Under the pieces are notes generated by a model. It had not been told where the DNA came from. It did no database searches and was given only the letters and a program-made list of their open reading frames with translations. The position numbers and the translations under genes were made by a program. A stretch of DNA of 64,000 nt from Octopus vulgaris. Taxonomy: Eukaryota. Positions 37,871-52,529 of the stretch are shown in pieces (position 1 is the stretch's first letter; each line of letters begins with the position of its first letter). The stretch is taken from assembly GCA_951406725.2 (NCBI GenBank), contig OX597825.1, positions 22,320,001 to 22,384,000 on the forward strand. The letters run 5' to 3'.

Positions 37871-38669
37871 AAACCAGGAGAGGGAGTGTCACTTAATACG
37901 CCCCTTTGAAACAAAATCTAATCTTCGTAAACACGAACGTAACTTTAAAAAAATAGACAAACAGAAACAAAGCAAGATAACGGGGTAAAATAACAATAAA
38001 GTAAACAAAATAATAAAAAACATGCACTCAAAAAGCTAGACGCAATTTAGTGTCTAAAAGCGCAATTTTGCACTACATAAACCAATGTAATACGGAGAAA
38101 AGACAACAATATCACACACACCCAATCACACACACATACATGCGCTCGCCAACACACGCGTTACTCAAACGGGGAAATGGAAAAACAAAGAAAATGTCTT
38201 CGTTCGTTGCAGTTACTTTATTCAAAATATTTAGCAGAGAAAGCGTCTGCCGAGCGCAGTCGTATGAATACGACAGTCTCTCATGATACGTCGTGAAAAA
38301 TGGAAACAATCCAAACATTGATAACGGTTTTCTTATTCTCTCGAAAGAGAAGTCCGAGTAGTAAGCAATGCGTGGAATGAGGTAATCACTGTTGATCGGG
38401 AAAAAAAAAACTAGATCTTTCTGGGTGTTATTGAAAAGAAAGTATGAGGTGAGTAGAAAAACAGGCAGAACTAATGATTACACAACTGCCTAGAAAACTG
38501 TACCATATTAGATGAGCTGGTGCACCACTTGGTTTGCGAGAAAAAAATATTCGTAACGCTGTTGATCGATGACATGTTGTCTTATACGAGAACGTAAGGT
38601 CCACCGAAGTAACGAAAAACGTATATGATCGTATTACTATTCTCCATGATCAACTTACGGAGCTTTATA

Positions 38670-38885
38670 AGGCGGCGAGCTGGCAGAAGCGTTAACACGC
38701 CGGGCGAAATACTTAGCAGTATTTCGACTGTCTTTATGTTCTGAATTCAAATTCTACCGTGGTCGACTGTGCCTTTCATCCTTTCGGGGTCGATAAATTA
38801 AAGGCCAGTTGCGTACTGGGACCGATCTAATCGACTGACCCCTTCCCCCAAAATTTCGGGCTTTGTTCCTAGATTAGAAAAGAAT
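38670..38885 (+). mobile_element. SINE family A, variant tail
   Basis: Same head and core. Tail cccccaaaatttcggg...gaaaagaat. Possible TSD ttayggagcttta on both sides. Confidence 0.9.
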
Positions 38886-40789
38886 TTATGGAGCTTTATG
38901 TCTTCATGTATGTAGGATGAAAATGTGTGGAACGAAATGACAAAAGGACTGTGAGAATTGTCTTACTATAATCTACCTAAAAAGAGGGAGAGGGAGACAG
39001 AGAGTGAGGCAGAAACAGAGTCAGAGAAAGTAAGGGAGACAAATAGGAAGTGGGAATGAGAAAGGAAGGTAAATAGCAGTATAAAGGTTTCCAACAACAG
39101 TTCTAAGATGCAAAACACCCAAACAATCTCGCTGCACTTATAAATGTAATACAGATTGTAGTTTTGAAGCAGACCAGACCAGACAATTAAAATTCTTCAT
39201 TCAACCTCAAAATATAGATGAAGAAAAAAAAAAACAAGCAAATTGTAGAACGTTTCTTTTTTTAAAGTAATATAAACCCCAGTGTTTTGCTTTTAAAAAG
39301 AGTACATGAATAAAGAACGAAGGGGAAAAATACTGGGGACAGTGATAAGTGTAACAAATGACTCGCAGAATTGAAATTGATCCCGAAGGAAATTCGAGCC
39401 AAAGTTCCATGGTGAAGTCTCCACCCACCCTTACGGAGTGCACAGTTCTTCATGTAGCAAGTAAGTAACTGCTGAATGATTTATATAGAACTATAGGGAT
39501 GTATAGAGGCGTCGCCTGCAAATTTTTGGATGGGAAATGCTCAGACTCACTAGATTTCGGAAGAGAGGCTTTTTGTGACAATGCCTTTTCATGCTAGAAA
39601 ACTCCCTGTCCCCCTACATGGCCTTGCTTTTGGTTTTTGAGCCAATAAAAATTGAATTGAATAGAGAGTACTGTATTTTAATTGTAACGAAGACAAGGTC
39701 TTTGACTTGTCCATTCCTAGACATGAAATGCCAGCGAACACTTTTGGAACGAAAGATCTTCAAATCTTGGTGTGGTGGACGGAAGGATAAAGTAAGCTGT
39801 GCTTTCTCTTAAATCGATCTTTTTATACACACACACACACATAGATACACACACGCGCGCGCACACGTACGCACGCATACCCACACACGCACACATACTC
39901 TCTCTCTTTCTCTCTCTCACACATACACATAAATACACATGCGTATACATACACAGACATAGAAATGCACGCACACACAAAATTATTCTGTCTAAGTTGA
40001 TCAAAATGAATGAATACGCATATTGAGAACACCTCAGTTTATCTTTCACTTCATTTTTCAATATATATTTATGTGTATCTGTGTGTGTGTATGAGAGAGA
40101 GTGCGTGCATGTGTCTCTGTAAGAGTGTTTGTTTGTGTGTGTGTGTACGTGTATGTATGAGAGTATGAGTGTGTGTGTGTGTGTTTATAAACACGTGTTT
40201 ATGTACTTATCGTTTTTATGTTCACGCTGGCCTACAATTAGATATGGTTTATTTATATTGTCACATTAAGTCTACTATCGCTTCAACAATTAGATATCGA
40301 TTAAGAAACTAGCCTAAAAGAAATATTGGCATTAACATGACAGATAAAGTTTTTGAGGTAGTTGACCCAGTATGGCCCCGGTACTGTAAGAGAAACCATT
40401 TATAGAAACCAAAACAAAAAATAAAATAGAATTTAGCCCCAAGTAGACGAGATGATTGCAGCTGGTATGCGTTTGATCATAAATACACTAAGTTTGCTTT
40501 AACTTGAGGCTAAACAAAAGTAGCAACATAGATTCACTATATTGCACATTTGACTCTCTTACTTGAATATAATAGCTTTGTTCCCTGTCTACCAGAAACC
40601 TAGACGTCTATGAGTCTAAAAATACGTGAACTTTGCTAATTGGTTAATGCAAACACACTTAAGTAAGCCGCTTTCTAAATCCGGAATTTCTTATCAAAGA
40701 ATGATGTTCACAAAGTGAGATTTCCTCCAGTAACAAATCCAACAGACTAATTCATACACATACAATTATAAGTAATATTCATTTTTAAT

Positions 40790-40992
40790 ATAGGCACAAG
40801 GTCTGGAATTTTGTTGAGACGAATAGTCGATGACATCGATCCCAGTACTCAACTGGTACATAATTTATCGACCCGGAAAGAATGAAAGACAATGTCGACC
40901 TCGGTGGAATTCGAACCCAGAACATAACGCCGGGCGATATACTGCTGAGTATGTCGCCCGGCGTGCTAACGACTCTGCAAGCTCGCCGCCTT
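40790..40992 (-). mobile_element. SINE family A, variant tail
   Basis: Head ctcgccgcctt at 40992. Confidence 0.85.
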
Positions 40993-41020
40993 ACAAATAC
41001 AAGTTATAATAAGTCCATAA

Positions 41021-41406
41021 AAGGCAGCGAGCTGGCAGAAACGTTAGCACGCCGGGCAAAATGCTTAGCGGTATTTCGTCTGCCGCTACGTTCTGAGTTC
41101 AAATTCCGCAGAGGTCGACTTTGCCTTTCATCCTTTCGGGATCGATTAAATAAGTATCAGTTACGCACTGGGATCGATATAATCGACTTAATCCGTTTGT
41201 CTGTCCTTGTTTGTCCTCTCTGTGTTTAGCCCCTTGTGGGCAGTAAAGAAATAGGTATTTCGTCTGCCGTTACGTTCTGAGTTCAAATTCCTTTGCCTTT
41301 CATCCTTTCAGGATCGATAAAGTAAGTACCAGTTGCCAACTAGGTGGATCTCATCTACTGGCCCCTCCCCAACAATCTCGGACCTTGTGCCTAGACTGGA
41401 AAAGAA
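41021..41406 (+). mobile_element. SINE family A, dimeric (second unit with variant tail)
   Basis: Head at 41021, restart at ~41254. Confidence 0.9.
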
Positions 41407-41971
41407 TAATGAGATAATTAATGATGTTAATTATCTCAACCCAGACCATACAAAACTACATTTAAAGCTGCTTCGGCGGTAACCAATTCAGTCTCTTCTG
41501 TATCGCGCCCTGCATTTACAATGATGTTCTCTTAGTTTTAAATTTAATTTGATGTAGGTGTAGCTGCTATCACTAGCAGATCGTGCGACGCCCGTGTGTT
41601 TCTATTGTTGCATTTCATATACATTTTCTCTGCCTTTTTTCAACTGCAACTCCTTGTGGTAGCTAAGCTGAAACAAAATGCATTTATGAAAAGCCGCTCG
41701 GTAACAAAATACTCAATAAATGTTCTTCTTCGTGCTGCTGTTGTTGTTATTGATGTCAATTTTCCTGTTGTTGTTGCCGTTGTTGTTTTTGTTTTTGTTG
41801 TTGTTGTTTTACTCAGGCTAGCTTTGATCGAGAAGACCTACAGACGAAATCTCATCGGGGCTTTTTTACATGCACAGTAGTTATAAGATTACGTTATCTA
41901 ATAAGTCTGAAAAAAAAAAAGAAAGACAAAAAAGAACCTTATGGTGTTTCTACAAAAATTTAGCTACTCTT

Positions 41972-42152
41972 TCTAGCAGAATCGTATTTCCGAAACAGAA
42001 ACGACCAATAATATTTCTATTCGGCCGAGGTCGACATTGCTTTCATCCTTTCGGGGTCGATAAATTAAGTACCAGGAGCGTACTGGAGTTGATCTAATCG
42101 ATTGGCCGCCTCCCCAAAAATTTCGAGCATTGTGCATAGAATAGAAAAGAAT
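41972..42152 (+). mobile_element. SINE family A, variant tail, diverged head
   Basis: ccgaggtcgac...ctttcatcctttcggggtcgataaattaagtaccag. Confidence 0.8.
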
Positions 42153-42695
42153 AAATAATATTTCTGAAACATGAATTGTATTTAAATACATGTTGTTTTT
42201 TAACGGAAATTTGACTGCAGCATAACGGATCTTCCATAGAAGTAATTCCACGTTTTTATTACTTTTGGAGGGTGGGGACTTTGATTTTGATTATGCTTGT
42301 CGAATATGTCTTTAATTTTGTAATATGTATTAATGGATTTTAGGGAGACTTGGGCACTATGTCTAGTATGTCTGCCTTAAAAAAATAGAAGACACGTCTT
42401 TGGAAAGAAAGATTGTATATATAATTAATACTTAATGTATTTCTGGCAGAAGTGTGTATAACAAAACAAGAAAGGAAACTCAAGAAGGTGATCTGGCATG
42501 TCCGCTAGGAGTAATAGGTAAATAATTTTCTCTCAACCACAACGTGATGTCAGTATGAGTCAAAGAAAAATTAGAAAAGATAGAAACAAATGCGAAAGAA
42601 GCGACTGTTGGATAGGATTGCAATGAAGCTAAATTCTACAGCAAACACACACACACACAGAAACACACACACACACACACACACTCATGAAAGAA

Positions 42696-42734
<39 letters not shown>

Positions 42735-42910
42735 CAGAGAATCAGTTCAACTTCTCTTTTGCCTTACTTTTTTGGCACACCTTTGTATGTACAAATTAAA
42801 CCGAAAAGTTGTTTAAATAAATATCAAAACGTACTTTCTAACTCAAACTCATGTCTGTATAAATACATACATATACATGTATGTATGGGTGTATTTATGT
42901 ATTACATGTA

Positions 42911-42946
<36 letters not shown>

Positions 42947-43604
42947 TGTATGTATGTATGTATGTATGTGTATAAATATTTATGCAGATATATCCATTTA
43001 TATATACATACATATATGTTTCTATTTATGGAGAATCTGCCAGGAGTTAAACAGTAGTAAAATTCAGCTGCCATCTTGATGTGGCGACTGGCTCTACTGT
43101 TTCCTATACGTTACTACTTTATCTCTTATTGAAATTTTATAACTAGTTTCTTGGCTCATATATATATATATATATATATACATGTACGTGCATCTGCGGA
43201 GTGTGTGTGAATATGTGTTACGTGTGCATGTTTAAGTTTTTACTAATTTCCTTGTCAAATTTTAATAATGTATGCACTGACATCGATCTGTTTGAAACTC
43301 TTCAAACCAATGTGTAATGTGAGCCTCGCTTCTCAGCAAGACGAAGTGAATAATTGACGCACGAATAAGTTTCTGATATTTATTTTATTCCCTATTTATC
43401 TATTAATTAGCATGTTTATTTCCAATTTGCGTTTCCGACAATGATGTAATGAGTGCATTCCGAACGGAAACTTACCTGCCTTTGTGAGTATTCACACACA
43501 CACACACACGTGCGCACACACACACACGTATATAGACTTATATATACGTGCACATACATACATAGAAACATCATATGTACATACATTCATACATACATAC
43601 ATAA

Positions 43605-44330
<726 letters not shown>

Positions 44331-44622
44331 ATTAATGAGTGTGTTCGCAAGCGCAGTGATAGAAACTTAGATAGCTGTTGACTTTAAAAAGTTTGTTTAC
44401 AATAAGGCAAAAATGTCTGCGAAATATCGAAAGTTATATTTTGAAAGCTGAAATAATACACTCCACAAAAATTAGAATATCACCTTTTTCGCGCACTTAT
44501 TTCATTAGTTCCATATTGAAAGACATGAAATGGCACTTCTATACAAAAAGTAATTCCATAGCACATTATTGAAACATCCTCAATTGTCGATATAGGATAT
44601 ATTTTACATATTTACATATCAT

Positions 44623-44987
44623 AGGTGTAGGAGTGGCTGTGTGGTTCCGGGTTCAGTCCCACTGCGTGGCACCTTGGACACGTGTCTTCCACTACAACCT
44701 CGGGCCGACCAAATTCTCGTGAGTGAATTTGGTAGGCGGAAACTGAAAGAAGGCAGTCGTATATATATGTATGTTTGTGTGTCTGTGTTTGTCCCCCCAA
44801 CATCCCTTGACAACCGATGCTGGTGAGTTTCTGTCCCCGTAACTAAGAGGTTCGGCAAAAGAGACCGATAGAATAAGTACTAGGCGGCCTACAAATAATA
44901 AATCCTGAGGTCGATTTTCTCGACTAAAAGGCGGTGCTCCAGCATGGCCACACCCTAATGACTGAAACAAGTAAAAGAGTAAAAGAG
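44623..44987 (+). mobile_element. SINE family B
   Basis: Head with a small deletion, tail gtaaaagagtaaaagag. Confidence 0.9.
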
Positions 44988-46550
44988 CATATCGGTGCTA
45001 TTATGCAAAAGCGTTGTAAGTCCCAAACTTTTTTTTTTCAGAAAACCAAAAAATAGTTTCACTATTTCATTTCTTTTTGCATTAGCAACAGTTTCAGCCT
45101 CATGATAATACTTTGATAGGTGCATAAAATCGTAACTCCATGCATGTGTGATATTTTCATTTTGAAATATTTTTTTGAAAACTGTCGTATGTGAGACTGA
45201 CTACGCCTTCGTAAGATACTAAACCGTTGCACTACACTTTGACAATTTTCATATCTTGACATCTGAAGCAGCTGGAGATACGATAGTTTGACCAAAAGGA
45301 CCGGTTATTGCAAGCAAATTTTAATATTGAAAAACAATGCATTTGACCAAATTTGGAATATGGCGGTTTAATATAATAGCAACGATATGTGTATATTTCG
45401 TTTTCATACTTATATGTAGGTTGATATATAATATTGTTTCGTGTATTTCACCATATCATTAAAAATTTACGCACTTCCAATCTCATATATTTTAAACATT
45501 GCCGCCATTTTTATTCAGTAGTACATGTCTTCTGTTATACACCAGCCAGCGACCTCAGCTACGACATTCTAAAATCTTTTATGCATGAACGATATATGCC
45601 AAATCTGTGTTCCGTTTATTCCTAAGCGTTTGAACCTTAGAAATAAGAGCCTCGATAAAATAATTTACAAATTTTCCGCTGTCATTAAAATATGCCACTC
45701 TATTTTAATCATCCAGTATTCTAATTGTCTTCCTTCTGTTCGTGCTTAAATTTTCACATCTATGTATTTCGTCATAACAAAGTAGAACACTCCATATTTT
45801 CAAACAAATTAAATATACCAATTTATCAATAAAAGTTATTTTATTAATTTTTCTGTGAATCTGTCTTTCTGGCAAACATCTATTTTTATTTTGCCAAAAA
45901 TTAACGATTTTATTCTATGAGAAAACACTACAATACTTCATCTTCGGTAATTCTGCAGATTTTTATAAGAGGATTAAGAATAGTAACCATACTCCCGATG
46001 ATAAAGGTTTTCGAAGGCCGTAAAATTTCGGATTACGTACTAAGAAATGCACTGCCTCACGTTGTTTATTGGAACAACTTTAAATGCATACAGAAATATA
46101 TGTACGTTATGTACCCACCAACGCTCCTACACACTCTCTATTTTTCTCGGTCACACACGTGTACTTGAAAAAGTGCTGCCATCCTCGCGCACTTTTGTTC
46201 TGCCTCCTGTGGAGTACAGTCGTGTATTTTGGCTTAAAGTAAAATCGTAAAATGGCCCAACCGATAAGAAGACATTTCGTTAATAATTATTTATTTATAT
46301 ACATAAAATGTATCATCCGAAAGTTTGTCGTTTCAACCCTTCAAAGTACCGCCGAATACTTTTTTTTTTTAATGTTGTTTCTTTTCGGTCTCAACCTTCA
46401 CACGATTATATCAACCCTAATGGGCATTGGAGTTTTTTCACGCCTGAAAATATTCAGAAGCGAATATTTATATAGATATTAATATTGTTAATATTATCAA
46501 AGGCAATATATATGGTTTACAATAACAACAATGTTAATATAGTTGGTTGC

Positions 46551-46593
<43 letters not shown>

Positions 46594-46999
46594 GTTTGTG
46601 TGGGGGGGTTCACGCGCGCCTGTATAAGTATATTGATCCATACAAGATGCGCTCCTAAATAAGTGATTTCTTACACAGTGGGAAATGGACTTCAACAATA
46701 GAACGGTTTTGTATTATATATATATATATATATAATCGGATTAATCGGCGTGCATTCAAAGCAATGAATGGTTGTATTAAAAGCAATGATTAGTAGCTTA
46801 CGACTCTTTTCACATAATGACTATTATTACTTTTATCCCTACCTCAGTTTATCTAATTGTATATATCTTTCGTTACATTTCATAAGAAAACCTTTACTTT
46901 TTTAATTTACAATGTGCATTTTCGTTTATTTTACTTACATTCACCTTACATTACCACGTGTAGTTTCTATTTTCTTTTTTGTAACATATTTCTATTATT

Positions 47000-47213
47000 C
47001 TGGCAGAAACGTTAGCACGCCGGGTGAAATGCGTAACCGTATTTCGTCTGTCGTTACGTTCCGAGTCCAAATTCTGCCGAGGTCGACTTTGCGTTTCATC
47101 CTTTCGGGGTGGATAAATTAAGTACCAGTGCGTAACCGATGTAATCGACTTAATCCGTTTGTCTGTCCTTGTTTGTCCCCTCTGTGTTTAGCCCCTTGTG
47201 GGTGTAAAGAAAT
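47000..47213 (+). mobile_element. SINE family A
   Basis: Matches 1895-2124. Confidence 0.9.
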
Positions 47214-48262
47214 ATATATATATATATGTGTGTATGTATGTATGTATGTATTTATGTATTTCTGTTTGATTTTATTTTCCTCTACACATAAATTACAAGT
47301 CTCGCTGCCCTTTTCAATCAGGGGTGATGTTACCAGGTGACTACAATAATTACATTTATTTGGTTGCAAACTGTTCATTAGATACACCATCCAATCATTT
47401 ATAGTGAAAAGGCTTCTTCTTATAGTGAGCGTCTTGTGTTCAGTCTGTACATTGTGGTTTCTGGTTTTATATTTCACGCTTCCTACGCATAATGTAAGCA
47501 GTGTTTGCCTTTTCTTGGAACAATTATACAAGCCCATCGGATCCATTGCGTTTTTTAAATGTAGGCATTGTATAAAAAAGCGAAATGGAAATTTCTCATT
47601 TGTGTTTTTATTAAGAATATTTCTTACAATGGTTTCTTGATTGGTAGTCATACATCGAAAAATAAACCTATCCTTTATCGATTTAAATTCCAGCGCAGCA
47701 GGCATGAAATATAACGTATTTAGAGAAATAGAGTTATAAAATGATGATATAAAATGTTTCAGATTCATACAGTACTACTTTGAAATGTTGGCCTGGGGTT
47801 GCAGGTCATTCTGCGATGATCTTTGGAATATTAAATACTGGAGTCAGAATACAATAGACAGGAAATTCTTGCCAGTGACATACATGCAACAGTAATGCGA
47901 ATGTAACATATCTATACTTTCATAATGACTATTATTCAGCGATGTCAAATATATTGTGTATATTTTTGAAAAGTTCTTGGCTGCTGAATTCTTAGATTTG
48001 TAATATTAATGCCAATGATTTTTTACCCTTTTACAAGTGACAAAACTGGAGATGGTTTCACTTAGCATGACTGGTCCTTTAATTTCCTCCCTATTTGAAA
48101 TACTGTGTGGAGTTAAAGAATACAAAGGACTTGCTATATCTTCCGTCATAACGTTTAGATAGTCTCTCTCTCTCTCCCTCTCTCACACACACACACGCAT
48201 ACTGTCTTTCTGTATTAATACATATATACCTGTATGAGTGTCTTTATACATATATATATATA

Positions 48263-48300
<38 letters not shown>

Positions 48301-48327
48301 ATATACATATGTATACATATGAACACA

Positions 48328-48367
<40 letters not shown>

Positions 48368-48413
48368 TTTATATTGATAGATAGATAAGATAGATAGATA
48401 GATAGATAGATAG

Positions 48414-48463
<50 letters not shown>

Positions 48464-48487
48464 CCCAGGAATATCCAAGAGAGACAC

Positions 48488-48636
48488 TGTAACTGAACAT
48501 CCCCAAATCGCTGTCCTGTAAAGAATAACTGTCTGTAAAAACAATTTATACACAAGGCCAAAATCATCGATCCCAAGGGAGTAACAAAGACGTATATTGG
48601 AATGACGGGCAATTCATTCAAGAAAAGATACACATA
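48488..48636 (+). pseudogene. Penelope-like element GIY-YIG endonuclease remnant
   Basis: Translates [47 protein letters not shown]. This is the CNC..CP...CL Cys motif followed by YIGxT..FKxRY, with two in-frame stops. Confidence 0.8.
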
Positions 48637-48718
48637 ACTTCTGGGACAAAAATACGCGACATGTGATATCCCTATCCAAAATGTATTAAAAATTCATGAA
48701 AAATATATAGATATAAAT

Positions 48719-48853
48719 ATAAAATACAATGTACATTTACACACATAAGAGGTATCCATCATAGGATGCCCTTACGCTAGAAGGAACAGCTAAAGCGTAA
48801 GGGAGTCCTATGATGGACACCTCTTATGTGTTTAAATGTACAATGTATTTTAT
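48719..48853. repeat. Inverted repeat (~60-bp arms, ~15-nt loop) at the end of the Penelope remnant
   Basis: ataaaatacaatgtacattt...cccttacgct vs agcgtaaggg...aaatgtacaatgtattttat. Confidence 0.85.
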
Positions 48854-49120
48854 GAATAATATATAGTCTATTGACTAATTTTTTTATTAAGCTAGAGGTC
48901 ACTGGTAGTAAAAATTTCGAAAATCTGTATTACTCTGATATTATTAATTATAGATATAAATATATATTTTAAAATATATTAAGATATACAGTCACACCTA
49001 TTGTTAAAAACGATATTAAAATACGAAATTAAAATATAACATATTGTATATCCAATAGTTTTGTTACTAAAAATCTACTTATATAAATGTCCACTTACAA
49101 GTATAACATCCGGGGATTCA

Positions 49121-49203
49121 TATCCGACGGCCGTTTCTGGTGTATAATCGTACAAAAATGAACTTCGGTTCACTCAATACCATCGCCTACTTCATCAAGT
49201 ATG
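49121..49203 (-). ncRNA. Degenerate hammerhead-like motif
   Basis: Minus strand atac-TTGATGA-(long stem II)-GAAA-cggccg-TC-ggat. Palindromic stem III, imperfect stem I. Confidence 0.35.
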
Positions 49204-49691
49204 ATTCAATTTGTACGGTTACATTTATTACGAGTTTTTTATTCTTAATTACCCAGAAGGTGATATGAAGAGGGACAATACAAGGACAGACAAATATAGA
49301 AGTGGGAACAAAAAACGAATGGAAAAGATGGTTATAAATAATGAAAAGTGGAATGAAGGCCATTCGTCCCTTCAATCTGTCCTCATTTAGACGTTTTAAA
49401 CCGTTTATCAAACAATTAATTTATTAGATTATTATGAGTTAATCATTACCGAAATAAACTTTACGGAAGCCCACAGTTGGTGCCAACTCACTTGCGTCGA
49501 TTTCCGTATTCAAGTCTGTAAGTTTTGTGCCGTACTTTCCTATCAGTCTACTCCGTTCTTCATCGCTCAGCATATTTTGATAACTTAGCCTTCGTTTCGC
49601 TTTAGTATTCCTTTATTTTTCTATAGCTCAGTCACACTGAGCTCTTCGATGTGACCTACATATAGAGATATTTCTATTTCTAAAATATACA

Positions 49692-49901
<210 letters not shown>

Positions 49902-50176
49902 CATACCTGATATAAAGAATGAATCAATCTGAAGTGGAAGGTTTCTGTTTATCCTCCTTTACAGACATGTGGTATCTAACGGGTAGAATGGACAAAGAGT
50001 TAGTTACAATAAAAAACAGACTATGCCTGGTCTCTTCGAATTTCTCTATCACTATTTTATTGTCTCGATACTGCTATAGGAATCGTTGAGACTGCTGACC
50101 AGACAAGTTTATGATACATAACTTATATATTTCTTCGGCCGTATAGACTTAATGTAATTCACTTAAAATTCGTAAA

Positions 50177-50423
50177 GTGGAGGCGCGTGGCTTAGTGATT
50201 AGGGTGTCAGCATCATGATCGTAAGATTGTGATTTCGATTCCTGGAGCGGGCGACGCGTTGTGTTCTTCAGCAAAGCACTTCATTTCAAGTTGCTCCAGT
50301 CCACTCAGCCGGCAAAAATGAGTAACGCTGCAATGGACTGGCGCCCTGTCCAGCTGGGGAACACATACGCCATTGAAACCGGGAAACCGGGCCCATGAAC
50401 CTGGCTAGGCTTTAGAAGGGCAC
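50177..50423 (+). mobile_element. SINE family C (short subtype 3)
   Basis: gtggaggcgcgtggcttagtgattag head and V-like domain. Confidence 0.85.
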
Positions 50424-51086
50424 AATTATTACTATTGTAAATTCGTAAAAGTGTAATCCATATTAAGCTGCGTGGTAATACAGGAACTCCAATTATTCTA
50501 TACGATACAATCGATCTACCTTTATTGTACTGTCGTTTCCGATGTATAAAACATTTTGAAAGAGACTTTTGATTCAGCAGGAGGAGGACGTCTTCCATAG
50601 TTTGCTATTATGACATTTTTCTTCAGAATCATACGACTAAAAAAGAAAAACTTATGCCCCATATTTTTAACACTAATTACAGATGGAACGCGTCTTATAT
50701 AGCTCACTATTGTTAAGTTTTTCTTCAGTGTCATACGAGTAGAAGCAGCTGGTGTTTCACAGTCTTAAAGGTGATCACAGAAGGAAGGCCTCAATAAGTT
50801 TATGATTAGTTCTGTTTGGAAAATAGCAACATTTAATAGTAAGTTCTGTACATCAAGTATTCTTATCTATTCATTATAGAGTGCTGCGTTAAATGATGAA
50901 CGTTATTTCTAGGTCACTACATACTGACTTAAGATTTTGTCTTGGTCAATTTCAGGTTGGATCTTTCCGATATTGATAAATCTACAACCACTTGTCGAAG
51001 AGTAGACCCAATGTTATTAGATATACCTGTTACAAAAGAGACGCTAGTCGTCATGTTTTATAAGTGTTATAAATAAGTTGACTACA

Positions 51087-51378
51087 TAGGCGCAAGCTTA
51101 GTTTTATGCTTAAGAAGCCCGCTTTACAACAGCGTGATTCCACGTTCAGTTCCACTGCGCGGTACCTCATTCAGTTGTCTTCTAATATGTGTGTGTGTGT
51201 GTGTATGTGGGTTCGTGTTTGTACCCCAATAGCGTAAAAACGCACGTTGATTTTATATATATACTCCTCTGTAACATAGCGGTTCCGTGAAAGAACCTGG
51301 TATCATTCCTAAAAATGATTAATGGGATTGATTTCCCCGACTAAATCATTCAAGGTGGTGCTCCAGCGTGGCCGTATT
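51087..51378 (+). mobile_element. SINE family B, old diverged copy
   Basis: taggcgca...gttcagttccactgcgcggtacc...ggtggtgctccagcgtggcc. Confidence 0.65.
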
Positions 51379-52280
51379 CCTTCGTTCAGCGTTTCTATCT
51401 CACACTTTTAATTCTACCAATGAATTTACAAAGCTCAATTTAGTGAACTTAGTCATTCAGCAACCAAATTGTGTTTTGGCAGCAATATATAAATCCATTA
51501 AAATCTAGAGACATTACAAAGCAAGACTCGTTTTCTCTTCTACATGTATCGTTAAACCATTTCTATTGTTTTTGTAGAACTAGTTCTCTGCAGTTTTTCC
51601 TTGAAACAAGTTGATATGTAGGGCGGGCTTCCCCCACCTACCCACCCAACAACCACATAAAATTAACCGTCGTTGACTTCAATAATTAATTCGTTCATTC
51701 ACTCGTTAATTAATACTTTGCGTGTTATGGCAAGGAAAAACTTGTAATAAGATTGTTAAGTAAGACAATCCACGTTCCAATTTAGCTGGAAGTTACTAAG
51801 CATCCTCACGCAAATTATCATAGAATAATCATCGCAATGGCGCTTGCACAATCATATCTTTTATGATTTGCTTGTTTCCGTAATTAGATTGTGGTCATGC
51901 AGGACACCGAAAGGAAGGGATTTAATCGAACGGCTCATAGCTAGTACATATTTGCCTTTAAACATCTGGCATTCCTTGTATCTATCAATTATACCGAACG
52001 TAAACAAACCAACACTGGTTGTCATGACTTGGTGAGGAACAAACACAAAAACATGTACGCACACACAAACACACATATACACATGTACCCAGGCGTATAT
52101 ATATATATACATACAAAATTTAAAGTACTGACCACTAAGAGTGGACGGTCAACATGCTAGATATAGACGTCAAATCGCTATTTTCCACAAAGAATATGTT
52201 CTCAAATAAAAAACTCAGTACAAACCAAAGCATTAAAAATAAGCAAGACAAATGAAAATATAAGAAATAAAAATGATTAC

Positions 52281-52343
52281 CTATGTACCGAGCAGTTTCG
52301 ATTGTTAATATCCACATGGATAACCGCAATCTCGTCAGCATAG
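52281..52343 (-). ncRNA. Type I hammerhead ribozyme (mirror copy)
   Basis: Reverse complement of 52467-52529 with two substitutions outside the core. Confidence 0.8.
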
Positions 52344-52466
52344 TCTGTCATATAGAAATCCAATTTACAGGACTAGATGCAAAAACGTTTGACCGGAGTC
52401 CCGCATGCATAGAGCCCAACCGATTATATTTTTGTGTATCTTTCAAATGCCTTCAAATGTGACAGA

Positions 52467-52529
52467 CTATGCTGACGAGATTACGGTTATCCATGTGGAT
52501 ATTAACAATCGAAACTGATCGGTACATAG
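52467..52529 (+). ncRNA. Type I hammerhead ribozyme with long stem II
   Basis: ctatg-CTGACGA-gatt(acggt-tatcca-tg-tggata-ttaac)aatc-GAAA-ctgatcgg-TA-catag. Perfect 5-bp stem I, canonical core, near-palindromic stem III, GUA site. Confidence 0.85.
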
